DNA of 57,522 bases. Origin: a virus. Lineage: Duplodnaviria > Caudoviricetes. Below, piece by piece: positions 10,057-18,880 of this stretch (the first letter of the stretch is position 1; each line of letters begins with the position of its first letter). Under the pieces are notes generated by a model. It made no database searches, was not told where the DNA came from, and saw only the letters and a list, made by a program, of their open reading frames with translations. Position numbers and translations under genes: made by a program. The stretch spans positions 1 through 57,522 of the IMG/VR virus record IMGVR_UViG_3300025543_000027, one strand, 5' to 3'.

Positions 10057-10977
10057 ATGTTAGATATTGAATTAAAAAAATGTTATGATGCAATCAAAGA
10101 TCCGAGATGGCCGGAAATAAAAAATTATATTGATTTTTATAAACTGCCCGAGCACATCAAAGAAGAATGCCATACTATGCATGGATTCCGCCAGAGAAGA
10201 GATCAAATAGAAGACTGTGATTATTGGCAGAAGATTACTTTCACTGTATACCAACATCAAAATTTAGTATTTGTTCCTGTTACAAAATGTGCATGTACAT
10301 ATTATATTCATTTATTTGATACTATGGGGTGGAAGAAAAAGAACATATCAGATATTGATGTTAATTCTGTTGTTATGTTTGGATTAGTAAAGCATCCATT
10401 TACTAGATGGGTTAAGGGAATTACAGAATTGTTAGCAATGCCATATTATACTATGCCAGTTGGCTGGAACAATGATTCTAACTTACCAAGTACTGTCACT
10501 GATGAACAGACGTATTACAGGGCATCAGTAGGCGACGCTTACCAAATCAACTGGCAACAATTTAGTATCGATATTCAAAAAGATAGTATTAAAAAGTTTC
10601 TTAATAATGTAGTCATTGGCGACTCCCATACTATGCCATATTCGGCAATGTTTGGCAGCTTAATAAATCGCATAAATTGGATTCCGATGGATCTAATGAA
10701 TAACGACAATGATATAAAAATAAGCATTATGAATCTTTTTAAAAAATATAATCATACTATCGACTTACCACTTAATGCTCCAAGAGTATGGAAATCATCT
10801 GCAGACAAACTAAAAATAGAAAATATTGTAAAAGATGCATTAGAATCGTCAGTAACTGATACAACTAATAGATTACTCAATCTTTATAAAATATATGCAA
10901 CTGATTTAAAATTTTATCACAATCTAATAGACAACTTTGACCCACAGTGGTCGTTAATTAATAATATACAGGCATAA
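10057..10977 (+). CDS. sulfotransferase-family-like protein (degenerate motifs)
   Basis: FVPVTKCACT resembles the 5'-PSB loop, LVKHPFTRWVKG the 3'-PB motif, plus DSHTMP; AT-rich. Confidence 0.5.
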   Translation: MLDIELKKCYDAIKDPRWPEIKNYIDFYKLPEHIKEECHTMHGFRQRRDQIEDCDYWQKITFTVYQHQNLVFVPVTKCACTYYIHLFDTMGWKKKNISDIDVNSVVMFGLVKHPFTRWVKGITELLAMPYYTMPVGWNNDSNLPSTVTDEQTYYRASVGDAYQINWQQFSIDIQKDSIKKFLNNVVIGDSHTMPYSAMFGSLINRINWIPMDLMNNDNDIKISIMNLFKKYNHTIDLPLNAPRVWKSSADKLKIENIVKDALESSVTDTTNRLLNLYKIYATDLKFYHNLIDNFDPQWSLINNIQA

Positions 10978-10984
10978 TAGATAG

Positions 10985-11400
10985 ACAACTCGTAGACTCT
11001 GTGTTGGGTGCAATGGCCCAACCCCATTGAGGAACGGTGAAATACCCGGTCCGGACTTGGGCGTCAAAGGACAATGCTAACTTAAGGCAACAAATGGTTT
11101 GGGCTCTGTGAAAAAGATACACCCCATGCTTATAGGACTTCGATTTATTATGGGGTCACTAGGGTTCCGTTGATACGTGAAGCTAGAGTAAGGGGTACCG
11201 GTCAACCGCCTCTGTGTAAGAAATTACAATCTCTTGATAATAAAGGCTGCTACACTCAGATAATGCTGTAAAAACCTTTTCACCGTGCATACGGTGAATT
11301 GTGACTGCGTAATCTAGATAATACTAGATACATTAATTGTTCTAACAAATAAAAAAATTGATGAACGAAGTGAAATCAATAGACTTGCTAGCAAGTCTTT
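10985..11400 (+). ncRNA. candidate large structured non-coding RNA (family unassigned)
   Basis: ORF-free ~450-nt interval with many stems, including TGTAA-GAAA-TTACA and TTCACCGT-GCAT-ACGGTGAA; strand inferred from the GNRA loop and G-U pairs; ends approximate. Confidence 0.6.
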
Positions 11401-11425
11401 AATGTATGCGTTAACTTAGATTCAG

Positions 11426-11764
11426 TTAGAACTGATCTGGCCAATCACGAAACAGTGCATGTTGGATAGTATTGCAATCAACAAACTGATTGAAACTTTT
11501 GTGTTTGACTTCGAGCTCTCCTTCAAGTGGAGCAACTCGTTTAAATGCACTGTCCATCTGTGCCATGCCAGTGAACTCCATAAGTATCATCCACTCAGGC
11601 ATGTCTGCAATACTACGGAATCCCATTTTACAACGAGTGATTCTGTAGCTTTCCATTTTGCCTTCGCTGATCAAATGATCAAAGAAACTTTTCATTCCGT
11701 TGACCCACTCAAGGTCCGTGATGTCACCTTCTTTGTTTGCCCAAATTGTATATACGTCTGCCAT
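11426..11764 (-). CDS. small dimeric alpha/beta-barrel-like protein (resembles DUF6614)
   Basis: YTIW...SYRITRCKMGF...PEWMILMEF...QMDSAF pattern, recognised from memory; last gene of the minus-strand operon. Confidence 0.55.
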   Translation of the reverse strand: MADVYTIWANKEGDITDLEWVNGMKSFFDHLISEGKMESYRITRCKMGFRSIADMPEWMILMEFTGMAQMDSAFKRVAPLEGELEVKHKSFNQFVDCNTIQHALFRDWPDQF

Positions 11765-11765
11765 G

Positions 11766-12197
11766 TTATAGTGGTCCTAAAATTTCAAAGCCCTGCATGC
11801 TTTGTTTGTACAAGTGAGCCTGTTCCAAATACAAGTATTCAAAACCCCGCTCACGATATATTGCACACTCAGTTTGTAAACTTTCTATACCAAGCCGCAG
11901 CTTAGGTGTTCGATAGTCCCATGCAAACTGAGCGCACAGTGCGTTCTTGCTGTCGTAACGTTCAATCAAGCTGAACGCTACCAATTCTCCGTTGTTGCGA
12001 TATCCAATAACGTCTGTGTTGGGTGCTGTGTATCTACAATCAAATATAGGCATCACACTGGCAAAATGTCGATAGATACAGTAGCGTTTGTATATTTCGT
12101 TCAACTGATCTATATCAGGCTCTGTGATGTAATACCAATCGCACGTCTGCTCGTAACTGGTCTTACTTAGATCTATTCTGGCAAATTGATAACTCAC
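11766..12197 (-). CDS. aminoacyl-tRNA-protein transferase C-terminal-domain-like GNAT protein (ATE_C/Bpt-like)
   Basis: GELVAFS...FAWDY...LRLGIESLQ..C...RERGFEYLYL...YK parallels the Bpt/ATE1 C-terminal consensus. Confidence 0.65.
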   Translation of the reverse strand: MSYQFARIDLSKTSYEQTCDWYYITEPDIDQLNEIYKRYCIYRHFASVMPIFDCRYTAPNTDVIGYRNNGELVAFSLIERYDSKNALCAQFAWDYRTPKLRLGIESLQTECAIYRERGFEYLYLEQAHLYKQSMQGFEILGPL

Positions 12198-12697
12198 CTT
12201 GGATCCTTTCTGTTGTTAAACAGCACGGTCAAGTATTCTTCTGGCCATGTGTGATAAAATCCTTTGCTGGCCATTTGTTCTGCACTGTCATCAAGTTTGC
12301 TTAAACTTTGCACCAACGACAGTGCATACTTGCCTTGATTCATGCACACACCGTTGACTACTTCTGCTTCTGCAGGGTGATCTTCCAATACTAATAAATT
12401 TTTTCTAACTAAAAACTCTTGGTTGGCATCTTCCAGTGCTTGATGAAAACGAGCATAAGGGAATTCTTCAGGATCGTATGCATAAATTATAACTTCGTAC
12501 TTGCCCATGCCCCAACGACTGCAATTCTTTAGATCAAAATAAGGGTTGACTCCTACTAGAACATTAACTGTGCCGGACAAGCGAGCCTTGCGAGCAAACG
12601 GACACGGAGCCCAGCCTCCTAGTGCAGGATGCGGAACTTCTACAAAGTTCTCGGACCATGCCAGTATGTCTTGTTTTACTGTTGTCAAGTTTAACAT
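12194..12697 (-). CDS. DUF1415-like protein
   Basis: W.ENFV...PCPFARKA and LEDHP motifs. Confidence 0.55.
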   Translation of the reverse strand: MLNLTTVKQDILAWSENFVEVPHPALGGWAPCPFARKARLSGTVNVLVGVNPYFDLKNCSRWGMGKYEVIIYAYDPEEFPYARFHQALEDANQEFLVRKNLLVLEDHPAEAEVVNGVCMNQGKYALSLVQSLSKLDDSAEQMASKGFYHTWPEEYLTVLFNNRKDPR

Positions 12698-12700
12698 TTT

Positions 12701-12913
12701 TTAAAAAAACGGCAAGCCGCTCTTTTTTGTGGTCTCTAAGTTATCAGCGATAATTTTTGAAATACTAGTACGCTCATCTGAGCTAAGATTCAATGCTGCT
12801 TCGTATGACAAACCGCCTCGCATGTACCAGACCATTTTCAACGCCTCTTGTTTGATTTCTCTACTTTCTTTTTCCATTTGATCTACCCACTTGGAAATTT
12901 CGTCAGAGTCCAA
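12701..12913 (-). CDS. gp51-like baseplate/tail assembly protein, probably expressed as a -1 frameshift extension of the upstream ORF
   Basis: WYMRGGLSYEAALNLSSDER pattern; only a TTG start; lies in the -1 frame reached from T TTT TTC. Confidence 0.7.
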   Translation of the reverse strand: MDSDEISKWVDQMEKESREIKQEALKMVWYMRGGLSYEAALNLSSDERTSISKIIADNLETTKKSGLPFF

Positions 12914-12915
12914 GA

Positions 12916-13752
12916 CTAAGAGGCGTCCTCGAAAAAACTTGTCATGTCCAATGTGATAGCTTGTTGATATTCTTTTTCACAGGCAGCACATTTCAATTTC
13001 ATTGGTTGTATTTCGCCTTCTGCTTTGACATTGACAATATGATCCCGTATTTTTCCAAACAATCGTCGATCACAATTTTTCAACATGTCTTCGATAAATT
13101 CAGGTTCACTGACTAGTGCCGCCGGAGTTTTGACAGCGGCAATACTTTGTGCAATAGCACTTATTGTAATTTCAGTAATTTTTGTCAATGCCGCACTCAA
13201 AGCAGACATGCGCTGGTCGTCGGGCATGTCTGTTTCTGGCAACACTTGTAAAATCTTTTGTTCTTCAAACTGACGTTGGTTGTTGTCGTTTAAATTTTTG
13301 TACGTCATTGGTTTGAAGTAAATTTCAAGATCACCGTCGTGTATTGATTTTGAATAGTCTGGCGGCCGCATACGCTCCATCACTGTTCTAAGGTCTAACC
13401 CATAGTCTGCTTCGTGTTGACAATGAGGACAACTTGTTGAAATCTCCATAGTATGCCCATAACTGGCAATGCGAATAGCAACAAGAATAGTATCTACATC
13501 CATTGCAGGAATTGCCCATGGATCTTGTATGTTGGGTATACAACTTTTTATAACATTAACAACAGCATTGCCGTTGAACAATGCATCTGGTGTTCTGTAT
13601 GTGATTTCGTCAATTGCAGTCATTGGATACACTGGCAACTCGTTGTTTGCAGGCATATTTAATGCTGCTTCGGGATAGTGTTGTCCGTTGCTGGGCAACT
13701 TGACATAAATTGCCGGTTGTCTAAAATATTGTGTTAACGGGTTAGTTGACAT
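12916..13752 (-). CDS. gp26: gp26-like baseplate hub / tail assembly chaperone
   Basis: LPSNG..YP, PMTAIDE, DVDTILVAIRIASYG and two CxxC pairs (CPHC, CAAC). Confidence 0.75.
   Translation of the reverse strand: MSTNPLTQYFRQPAIYVKLPSNGQHYPEAALNMPANNELPVYPMTAIDEITYRTPDALFNGNAVVNVIKSCIPNIQDPWAIPAMDVDTILVAIRIASYGHTMEISTSCPHCQHEADYGLDLRTVMERMRPPDYSKSIHDGDLEIYFKPMTYKNLNDNNQRQFEEQKILQVLPETDMPDDQRMSALSAALTKITEITISAIAQSIAAVKTPAALVSEPEFIEDMLKNCDRRLFGKIRDHIVNVKAEGEIQPMKLKCAACEKEYQQAITLDMTSFFEDAS
12931..12937 (-). other. putative programmed -1 ribosomal frameshift site
   Basis: Minus strand reads AGT TTT TTC (heptamer T TTT TTC); the -1 frame continues CGA GGA CGC CTC TTA GTC TTG GAC into ORF 12701..12913. 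Confidence 0.65.
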
Positions 13753-13764
13753 GCGATTTTCCTA

Positions 13765-13780
13765 TATAAATATAGTTATG
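13765..13780. promoter_or_regulatory. divergent late promoters
   Basis: TATAAATA on + (13765-13772); CATAACTA on - (13773-13780), upstream of the gp26-like ATG. Confidence 0.6.
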
Positions 13781-13808
13781 GTAAAATCTAACCCCGGCGA
13801 ATAAAAAT

Positions 13809-15905
13809 ATGACACCCGAAGAACAAGAACAGCAACAACAGCTTAACGAATATAACCAAACAATAGGCAAAGCCAACAACGAACTTAACAAGTTTGGTAA
13901 TGTTACCGCTGGCACTGCCGCCAAGTTGTCGCAGTTTCAAACCAGTTTAACTAAAGACTTCAAAGCGCTTGGCAACAGCGGGATTAATTTAGGTAAACAG
14001 CTGAACCAAGGAGCAATCGGTGCTTCGGTGTTTAACGATTCAATTGGGTCAATGAGCGATGCTATAGGCGACTTGGTTGGGATGCTTCCGTATGTTGGTA
14101 CTGCCCTTAAAACTGCAATCAAAGGTGTAAGCGAATACACACAAGCAGTAAACAAGCAAACAGATGCATTGTTTGAAAGTTATGAACAAATGTCCAAGAT
14201 TGGCGCTGCTGGTGCAGGTGGCATACAATCTGTTTACGATAATCTAAAAAAACTCAACCTCGGCGTCAACGAGTTGGACAAGTTTGTGGCCATTGTTGGT
14301 GAAAATTCTTCAACATTGACCAGTTTTGGAAAAACAGTAGGTGGCGGACTTACTGAGTTTGCAAATGTTGCAAACTCATTACAGCAAGGTGATGTTGGCC
14401 GCCAGTTCCGGGAAATGGGTATCAGTGTTGATGACATCAACAAGGGCATTGCTGGCTTCATGAAAATGCAAACACTGACCGGTGGCCGCCAACGCATGTC
14501 CACAGACCAGTTGATTGCTGCATCACAAAACTATGTCAGAGAAGTAGATTTATTAGCTAAAATTACAGGTAAGAATAGAGCAGAGCAAGAAGCGTCCAGA
14601 GAAAGTGCAATGGCAGAGGAACGTTATGCTGCTTTCAAATACGAATTGCAACAACGTGCTGACATGGGTGACGAAGCAGCCAAGGCCCAAATCAAAGCCG
14701 CCGAAGGCACACAAATAATGCTTGATAAAATGGCTCCAGAAACACGAAAAGGTTTCTTAAACATTCTATCCGGCAGTTTGAACAATCCAGAAGCACAGAA
14801 ATTATTATTAACAATGCCCAATGCAGCAGCAGTTGCAGGCAAGAAAACATTCACAGAAGCTGAATTCCAAGCAGCCGCATTAAAAGACATTACCAAAAAC
14901 TTGCAAGGCGGCGGATTACAGTTGGCCAAGATGGGAGCCAACAACGATACGTTCTTGTCAATTCAAGAACAAATGAAGTTAAAAGCATATCTCGAAAGTG
15001 GCACCTACGACGAAAGATTAGCACAAGCTAAAAAAGATCAAAAAGTAACAGATGAAAATACCAAAGATGCAAACAAAACACGTGACAATAACCGTACAGC
15101 ACGTGATAGTCTCAATGATCTGATCAATGCGGGTATAGGGCCAGTCACCACTGCAATGAAAGGTATGTCAACCGCAACCGAAACTACAATTACAGCAATG
15201 GAAAAAATGGCCAACATGATGGGCGTTGAAACCAAGAAACGTAATGTAGCGCCCAGGCCATCAGGCGGTAGATCAATAACCCCAAAATCATCCAGGCCAT
15301 CTGGCGGCGGAGCATCAGGTGGCAGCACACCAGATCTTTCTGGATTACCAATCAAAGGTGGGCCAGCTGGCCAAGCAACAGCAGGCGGCGAATCAGATCA
15401 GCGTATTATTGCTCTTGCACATGCTATAAACGATAAATTAGGTGGAGACCTAACAAGATTCACTGGATTTAACGACAGATATCATCAGGGTCTGGACTAC
15501 AACAGCGCACACAAAACTGGTCACGCACTGGACTTTACAATAAATGATCCATCAAAATCCAAAGAAATAGCAGAAATGGTTCGCGGCCTTCCTGGTGCAA
15601 AAAATGTTAAAGACGAGTATAGTAGGCCAAGTAGTAAAGCCACTGGCGGACACATCCATGCTGAAGTTTCTGGATACAAATTTGGCGGCATTGCAACTGG
15701 ACCAGAATCTGGCTACGAAACTACATTACACGGTACAGAAGCAGTAGTACCGTTGCCCAATGGCAATAGCATACCAGTTGAAATGCAAGGCAACAGCGAA
15801 CAAATGGGACTGATGTCAGCACAACTGTCAAGACTTGACGATATAGTGCGTGTGATGCAAAATCAGCTGGGTGTGTCACAGAAACTTTTACAGTACGCAC
15901 AGTAA
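13809..15905 (+). CDS. tape-measure-like protein with C-terminal M15-type Zn peptidase (virion-associated peptidoglycan hydrolase)
   Basis: Long Ala/Gln/Lys-rich helical region; SAHKTGHALD...GGHIHAE (H-x6-D...HxH); GGIATGP...LHGTEAVVPL tail motif. Confidence 0.7.
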   Translation: MTPEEQEQQQQLNEYNQTIGKANNELNKFGNVTAGTAAKLSQFQTSLTKDFKALGNSGINLGKQLNQGAIGASVFNDSIGSMSDAIGDLVGMLPYVGTALKTAIKGVSEYTQAVNKQTDALFESYEQMSKIGAAGAGGIQSVYDNLKKLNLGVNELDKFVAIVGENSSTLTSFGKTVGGGLTEFANVANSLQQGDVGRQFREMGISVDDINKGIAGFMKMQTLTGGRQRMSTDQLIAASQNYVREVDLLAKITGKNRAEQEASRESAMAEERYAAFKYELQQRADMGDEAAKAQIKAAEGTQIMLDKMAPETRKGFLNILSGSLNNPEAQKLLLTMPNAAAVAGKKTFTEAEFQAAALKDITKNLQGGGLQLAKMGANNDTFLSIQEQMKLKAYLESGTYDERLAQAKKDQKVTDENTKDANKTRDNNRTARDSLNDLINAGIGPVTTAMKGMSTATETTITAMEKMANMMGVETKKRNVAPRPSGGRSITPKSSRPSGGGASGGSTPDLSGLPIKGGPAGQATAGGESDQRIIALAHAINDKLGGDLTRFTGFNDRYHQGLDYNSAHKTGHALDFTINDPSKSKEIAEMVRGLPGAKNVKDEYSRPSSKATGGHIHAEVSGYKFGGIATGPESGYETTLHGTEAVVPLPNGNSIPVEMQGNSEQMGLMSAQLSRLDDIVRVMQNQLGVSQKLLQYAQ

Positions 15906-15945
15906 CATGCGCTAAATATGTGTTGTATGTTAAAGGAAAATTTCA

Positions 15946-17766
15946 ATGGCTGAATCAAACAACGGTAGAAACGGGCGCAATGGTGGGTGGCGCAAGTATT
16001 TTAAAATTGCCGACGGTGATGCCAACGGACAGCTAAGTCCTATTTCCGGAAACAAAGCCGACGGACTTCCTGGTTACGGCCGACAAACCAGCAGTGGCAA
16101 CACAGGTTCTGCTAACGATTTTGCCTTTAGAAACTATGCCAGCCGTTTACCAGAAGTGTATTCAGGTCATCCCAACCGTGTTGAACGTTATAACCAGTAC
16201 GAAAACATGGACATGGATTCAGAGATCAATGCATGTTTAGACATCATTGCTGAGTTCAGCACACAAAACAACGAAGACAACAACACACCGTTTGACATTA
16301 TATTCAAAGATACTCCCACTGATCATGAAGTAGAAATTATCAAAAAGCAATTGCAACAGTGGACCAAGTTGAACAAACTGGATCAGCGCATGTTCAAACT
16401 GTTCCGCAACACCATCAAGTATGGCGATCAAGTGTTTGTGCGTGATCCAGAAACATTTGAAATGTACTGGGTTGACATGGTCAAAGTCAGCAGAGTTATT
16501 GTAAATGAAAGTGAAGGCAAGAGACCTGAACAGTATGTCATTCGTGACATCAATCCCAACTTTGAAAATTTAAGTATTGCTCCCAAAACCACCAGCGATT
16601 ACTATGTGAGTCGTGCCACAGGTTCTGTGGGACAAAACAATTATTCAGCACCCAATGGTGGCGGAGGTGGCGGTTACGGTGGTGCTGGCGGCAACAGCAG
16701 ATTTACACAAGCAATGAATGAAACCACTGTGGATTCCAAACACGTGGTGCATTTGAGTTTAAATGAAGGACTTGACTTCTTTTGGCCATTTGGACAAAGT
16801 ATCTTGGAAAACATCTACAAAGTCTACAAGCAAAAAGAACTGCTAGAAGATTCAGTGCTGATCTATCGTGTGAGTCGTGCGCCAGAACGTAGAGTGTTTA
16901 AAATTGACGTGGGCAACATGCCCAGTCACATGGCCATGGCCTTTGTTGAGCGTGTCAAAAACGAAATGCACCAGCGTAGAATTCCCACTGTCAGCGGCGG
17001 CGGCGCCAACATGATGGATGCCGCCTACAATCCATTGAGCATCAACGAAGATTACTTCTTCCCCCAAACAGCAGACGGCCGCGGCAGTAGTGTAGACACA
17101 TTGCCAGGCGGTACAGGTCTTGGTGAAATTGATGACTTGAAGTATTTCAACAACAAAATGGCACGTGGTTTGCGTGTGCCTAGCAGTTACTTGCCCACTG
17201 GACCTGACGACTCGGACCGTGCATTGAACGACGGAAAAGTAGGAACAGCACTGATTCAAGAATATCGTTTCAACCAGTACTGCGAACGCTTGCAGCGTTT
17301 GATCATGCAAAAGTTAGATGACGAATTCAAGATGTTCATGAAGTGGCGTGGGTTCAACATTGACAATAGTATTTTTGACATCACACTTGGTCCACCACAG
17401 AACTTTGCCAGCTACCGTCAAGCAGAAATGGACACCAGCAGAGTCAGTACATTTGCATCGTTGGAGCAATTGCCTTATATGAGCAAGCGTTTCTTGATGG
17501 AACGTTACTTGGGATTGAGTCAAGAAGAAATTGCAGAGAACAGCAAGTTATGGCTTGAGGAACGTGACCAACCAGAGCTCAACACCACACAAGGGCAAGA
17601 CCTACGCAGTATTGGTATTACCCCTGCTGGCATGGAAGGTGATATTGAAACCGGCGATGCATTTGCTGCAATGCCACCAGAAGGCAGTGCTGATATAGGC
17701 GCTGTGCCAGGCGCGCCTGCTGGTCCAGGAACTGCACCTACTGCTGTTCCGCCCCCAACTGCATAA
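15946..17766 (+). CDS. gp20: portal vertex protein
   Basis: LLEDSVLIYRVSRAPERRVFKIDVGNMP, EDYFFP, TLPGG, DDLKYF motifs; TAAATA at 15913-15918. Confidence 0.95.
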   Translation: MAESNNGRNGRNGGWRKYFKIADGDANGQLSPISGNKADGLPGYGRQTSSGNTGSANDFAFRNYASRLPEVYSGHPNRVERYNQYENMDMDSEINACLDIIAEFSTQNNEDNNTPFDIIFKDTPTDHEVEIIKKQLQQWTKLNKLDQRMFKLFRNTIKYGDQVFVRDPETFEMYWVDMVKVSRVIVNESEGKRPEQYVIRDINPNFENLSIAPKTTSDYYVSRATGSVGQNNYSAPNGGGGGGYGGAGGNSRFTQAMNETTVDSKHVVHLSLNEGLDFFWPFGQSILENIYKVYKQKELLEDSVLIYRVSRAPERRVFKIDVGNMPSHMAMAFVERVKNEMHQRRIPTVSGGGANMMDAAYNPLSINEDYFFPQTADGRGSSVDTLPGGTGLGEIDDLKYFNNKMARGLRVPSSYLPTGPDDSDRALNDGKVGTALIQEYRFNQYCERLQRLIMQKLDDEFKMFMKWRGFNIDNSIFDITLGPPQNFASYRQAEMDTSRVSTFASLEQLPYMSKRFLMERYLGLSQEEIAENSKLWLEERDQPELNTTQGQDLRSIGITPAGMEGDIETGDAFAAMPPEGSADIGAVPGAPAGPGTAPTAVPPPTA

Positions 17767-17774
17767 ATACTTTT

Positions 17775-17996
17775 ATGATTTTAAACGAACTGTACCAAAA
17801 GCAACCTGAAGGATATCAAGATATCTCCCAGGACAACAGCCAGCCCCAGCAAGGCCAATTGCGTAAAACTCGTTTGACATTGAAGCAACTATCCAAACTA
17901 CGACAGATGTCGGACGTGAGACAATACGAATATAATGAAAAACTCAAAGATATTCGTAAACAATACGCTCCGCCTGCTCAACCTCCCGGCTTGTAA
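17775..17996 (+). CDS. small prohead-associated protein
   Basis: Between portal and core genes; ATAAATA at 17763-17769 directly upstream. Confidence 0.7.
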   Translation: MILNELYQKQPEGYQDISQDNSQPQQGQLRKTRLTLKQLSKLRQMSDVRQYEYNEKLKDIRKQYAPPAQPPGL

Positions 17997-18094
17997 TTTT
18001 ACGCCAAAAACACCAGTTTTTGAGTCTAAAAGTACCAAGTTTATTATTTCTGAGTAAGTAATAAACATGAGCCATAACCTACTGGAGGAAAATT

Positions 18095-18874
18095 ATGACA
18101 TCAAAATTTGAAAAGTTAATTGAACACGTAATTAACGACGAAGAAAACGAAGCACAAGCACTTTTTCATGAAATCGTAGTTGAAACATCACGCGAAATTT
18201 ATGAAAATTTAATGGACGAAGAAGTAGTCTCTGAAGAAGAAGAATCTGAAGACGACGAAGAAAAAGTCGAAGAAGGCATGATGAACGACGGCGACGCTGC
18301 TGACGATTTGATCACTGACGTTGAGACCGAAGAAGAAGGTATGAGCGAAGGCGAAGAAGAAATGGATGCAGCCGCAGAATTTGGCGCTGAAGTTGGTGCC
18401 GAAGCAGGCGAAGAAGACGAATTAGCCGACGAAGAAGATGACATCGAAGACCGTGTTGTTGATCTCGAAGACAAGCTCGACGAACTAATGGCCGAATTTG
18501 AAGCCATGATGGGCGGAGAAGAAGAAGCCGAAGACGAAATGGACGCAGACATGATGGATATGGATGCAGACGTTGAAATGGACGACGAAGAAATGATGCC
18601 AGAAATGGGCATGATGGAAAACGTTGATCTTAAAGCAGCCCCAAAGCCAGTTACTACAGAACCTGCTGGAACAAACAGCAAGTCCACAGTGGCCGCTAAC
18701 AGTGGTGCTAAAGGCATGGCAGCTAGTCCAGTTAAAATGACTGGTGATACTGCACAAGGCCGTTCTGCTCCTGCTGCCAAAGACATGGGCATGACAACTA
18801 GTCCTGCACAAGGCGCCGCACCAAAGCCTGTTACAACACAAGCTGCTGGTGTAAACACCAAGTCACCGGTTTAA
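18095..18874 (+). CDS. highly acidic prohead core protein (gp67-like)
   Basis: Extremely Glu/Asp-rich; GGAGG SD; position between portal and protease. Confidence 0.7.
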   Translation: MTSKFEKLIEHVINDEENEAQALFHEIVVETSREIYENLMDEEVVSEEEESEDDEEKVEEGMMNDGDAADDLITDVETEEEGMSEGEEEMDAAAEFGAEVGAEAGEEDELADEEDDIEDRVVDLEDKLDELMAEFEAMMGGEEEAEDEMDADMMDMDADVEMDDEEMMPEMGMMENVDLKAAPKPVTTEPAGTNSKSTVAANSGAKGMAASPVKMTGDTAQGRSAPAAKDMGMTTSPAQGAAPKPVTTQAAGVNTKSPV

Positions 18875-18880
18875 TAGATT

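Noticed and set aside
11029-11058. GAGGAA...GTCCGGACT resemblance to RNase P RNA CR-I
   Set aside because: Interrupted by a 14-nt insertion, and I found no matching 3' CR-V/P4 strand
10985-11400. Group I/II intron or tmRNA interpretation
   Set aside because: No interrupted gene, no convincing P7 or domain V, and no tRNA-like ends
18199-18861. 220-aa Ser-rich antisense ORF
   Set aside because: Mirror of GAA/GAC codons in the acidic core protein
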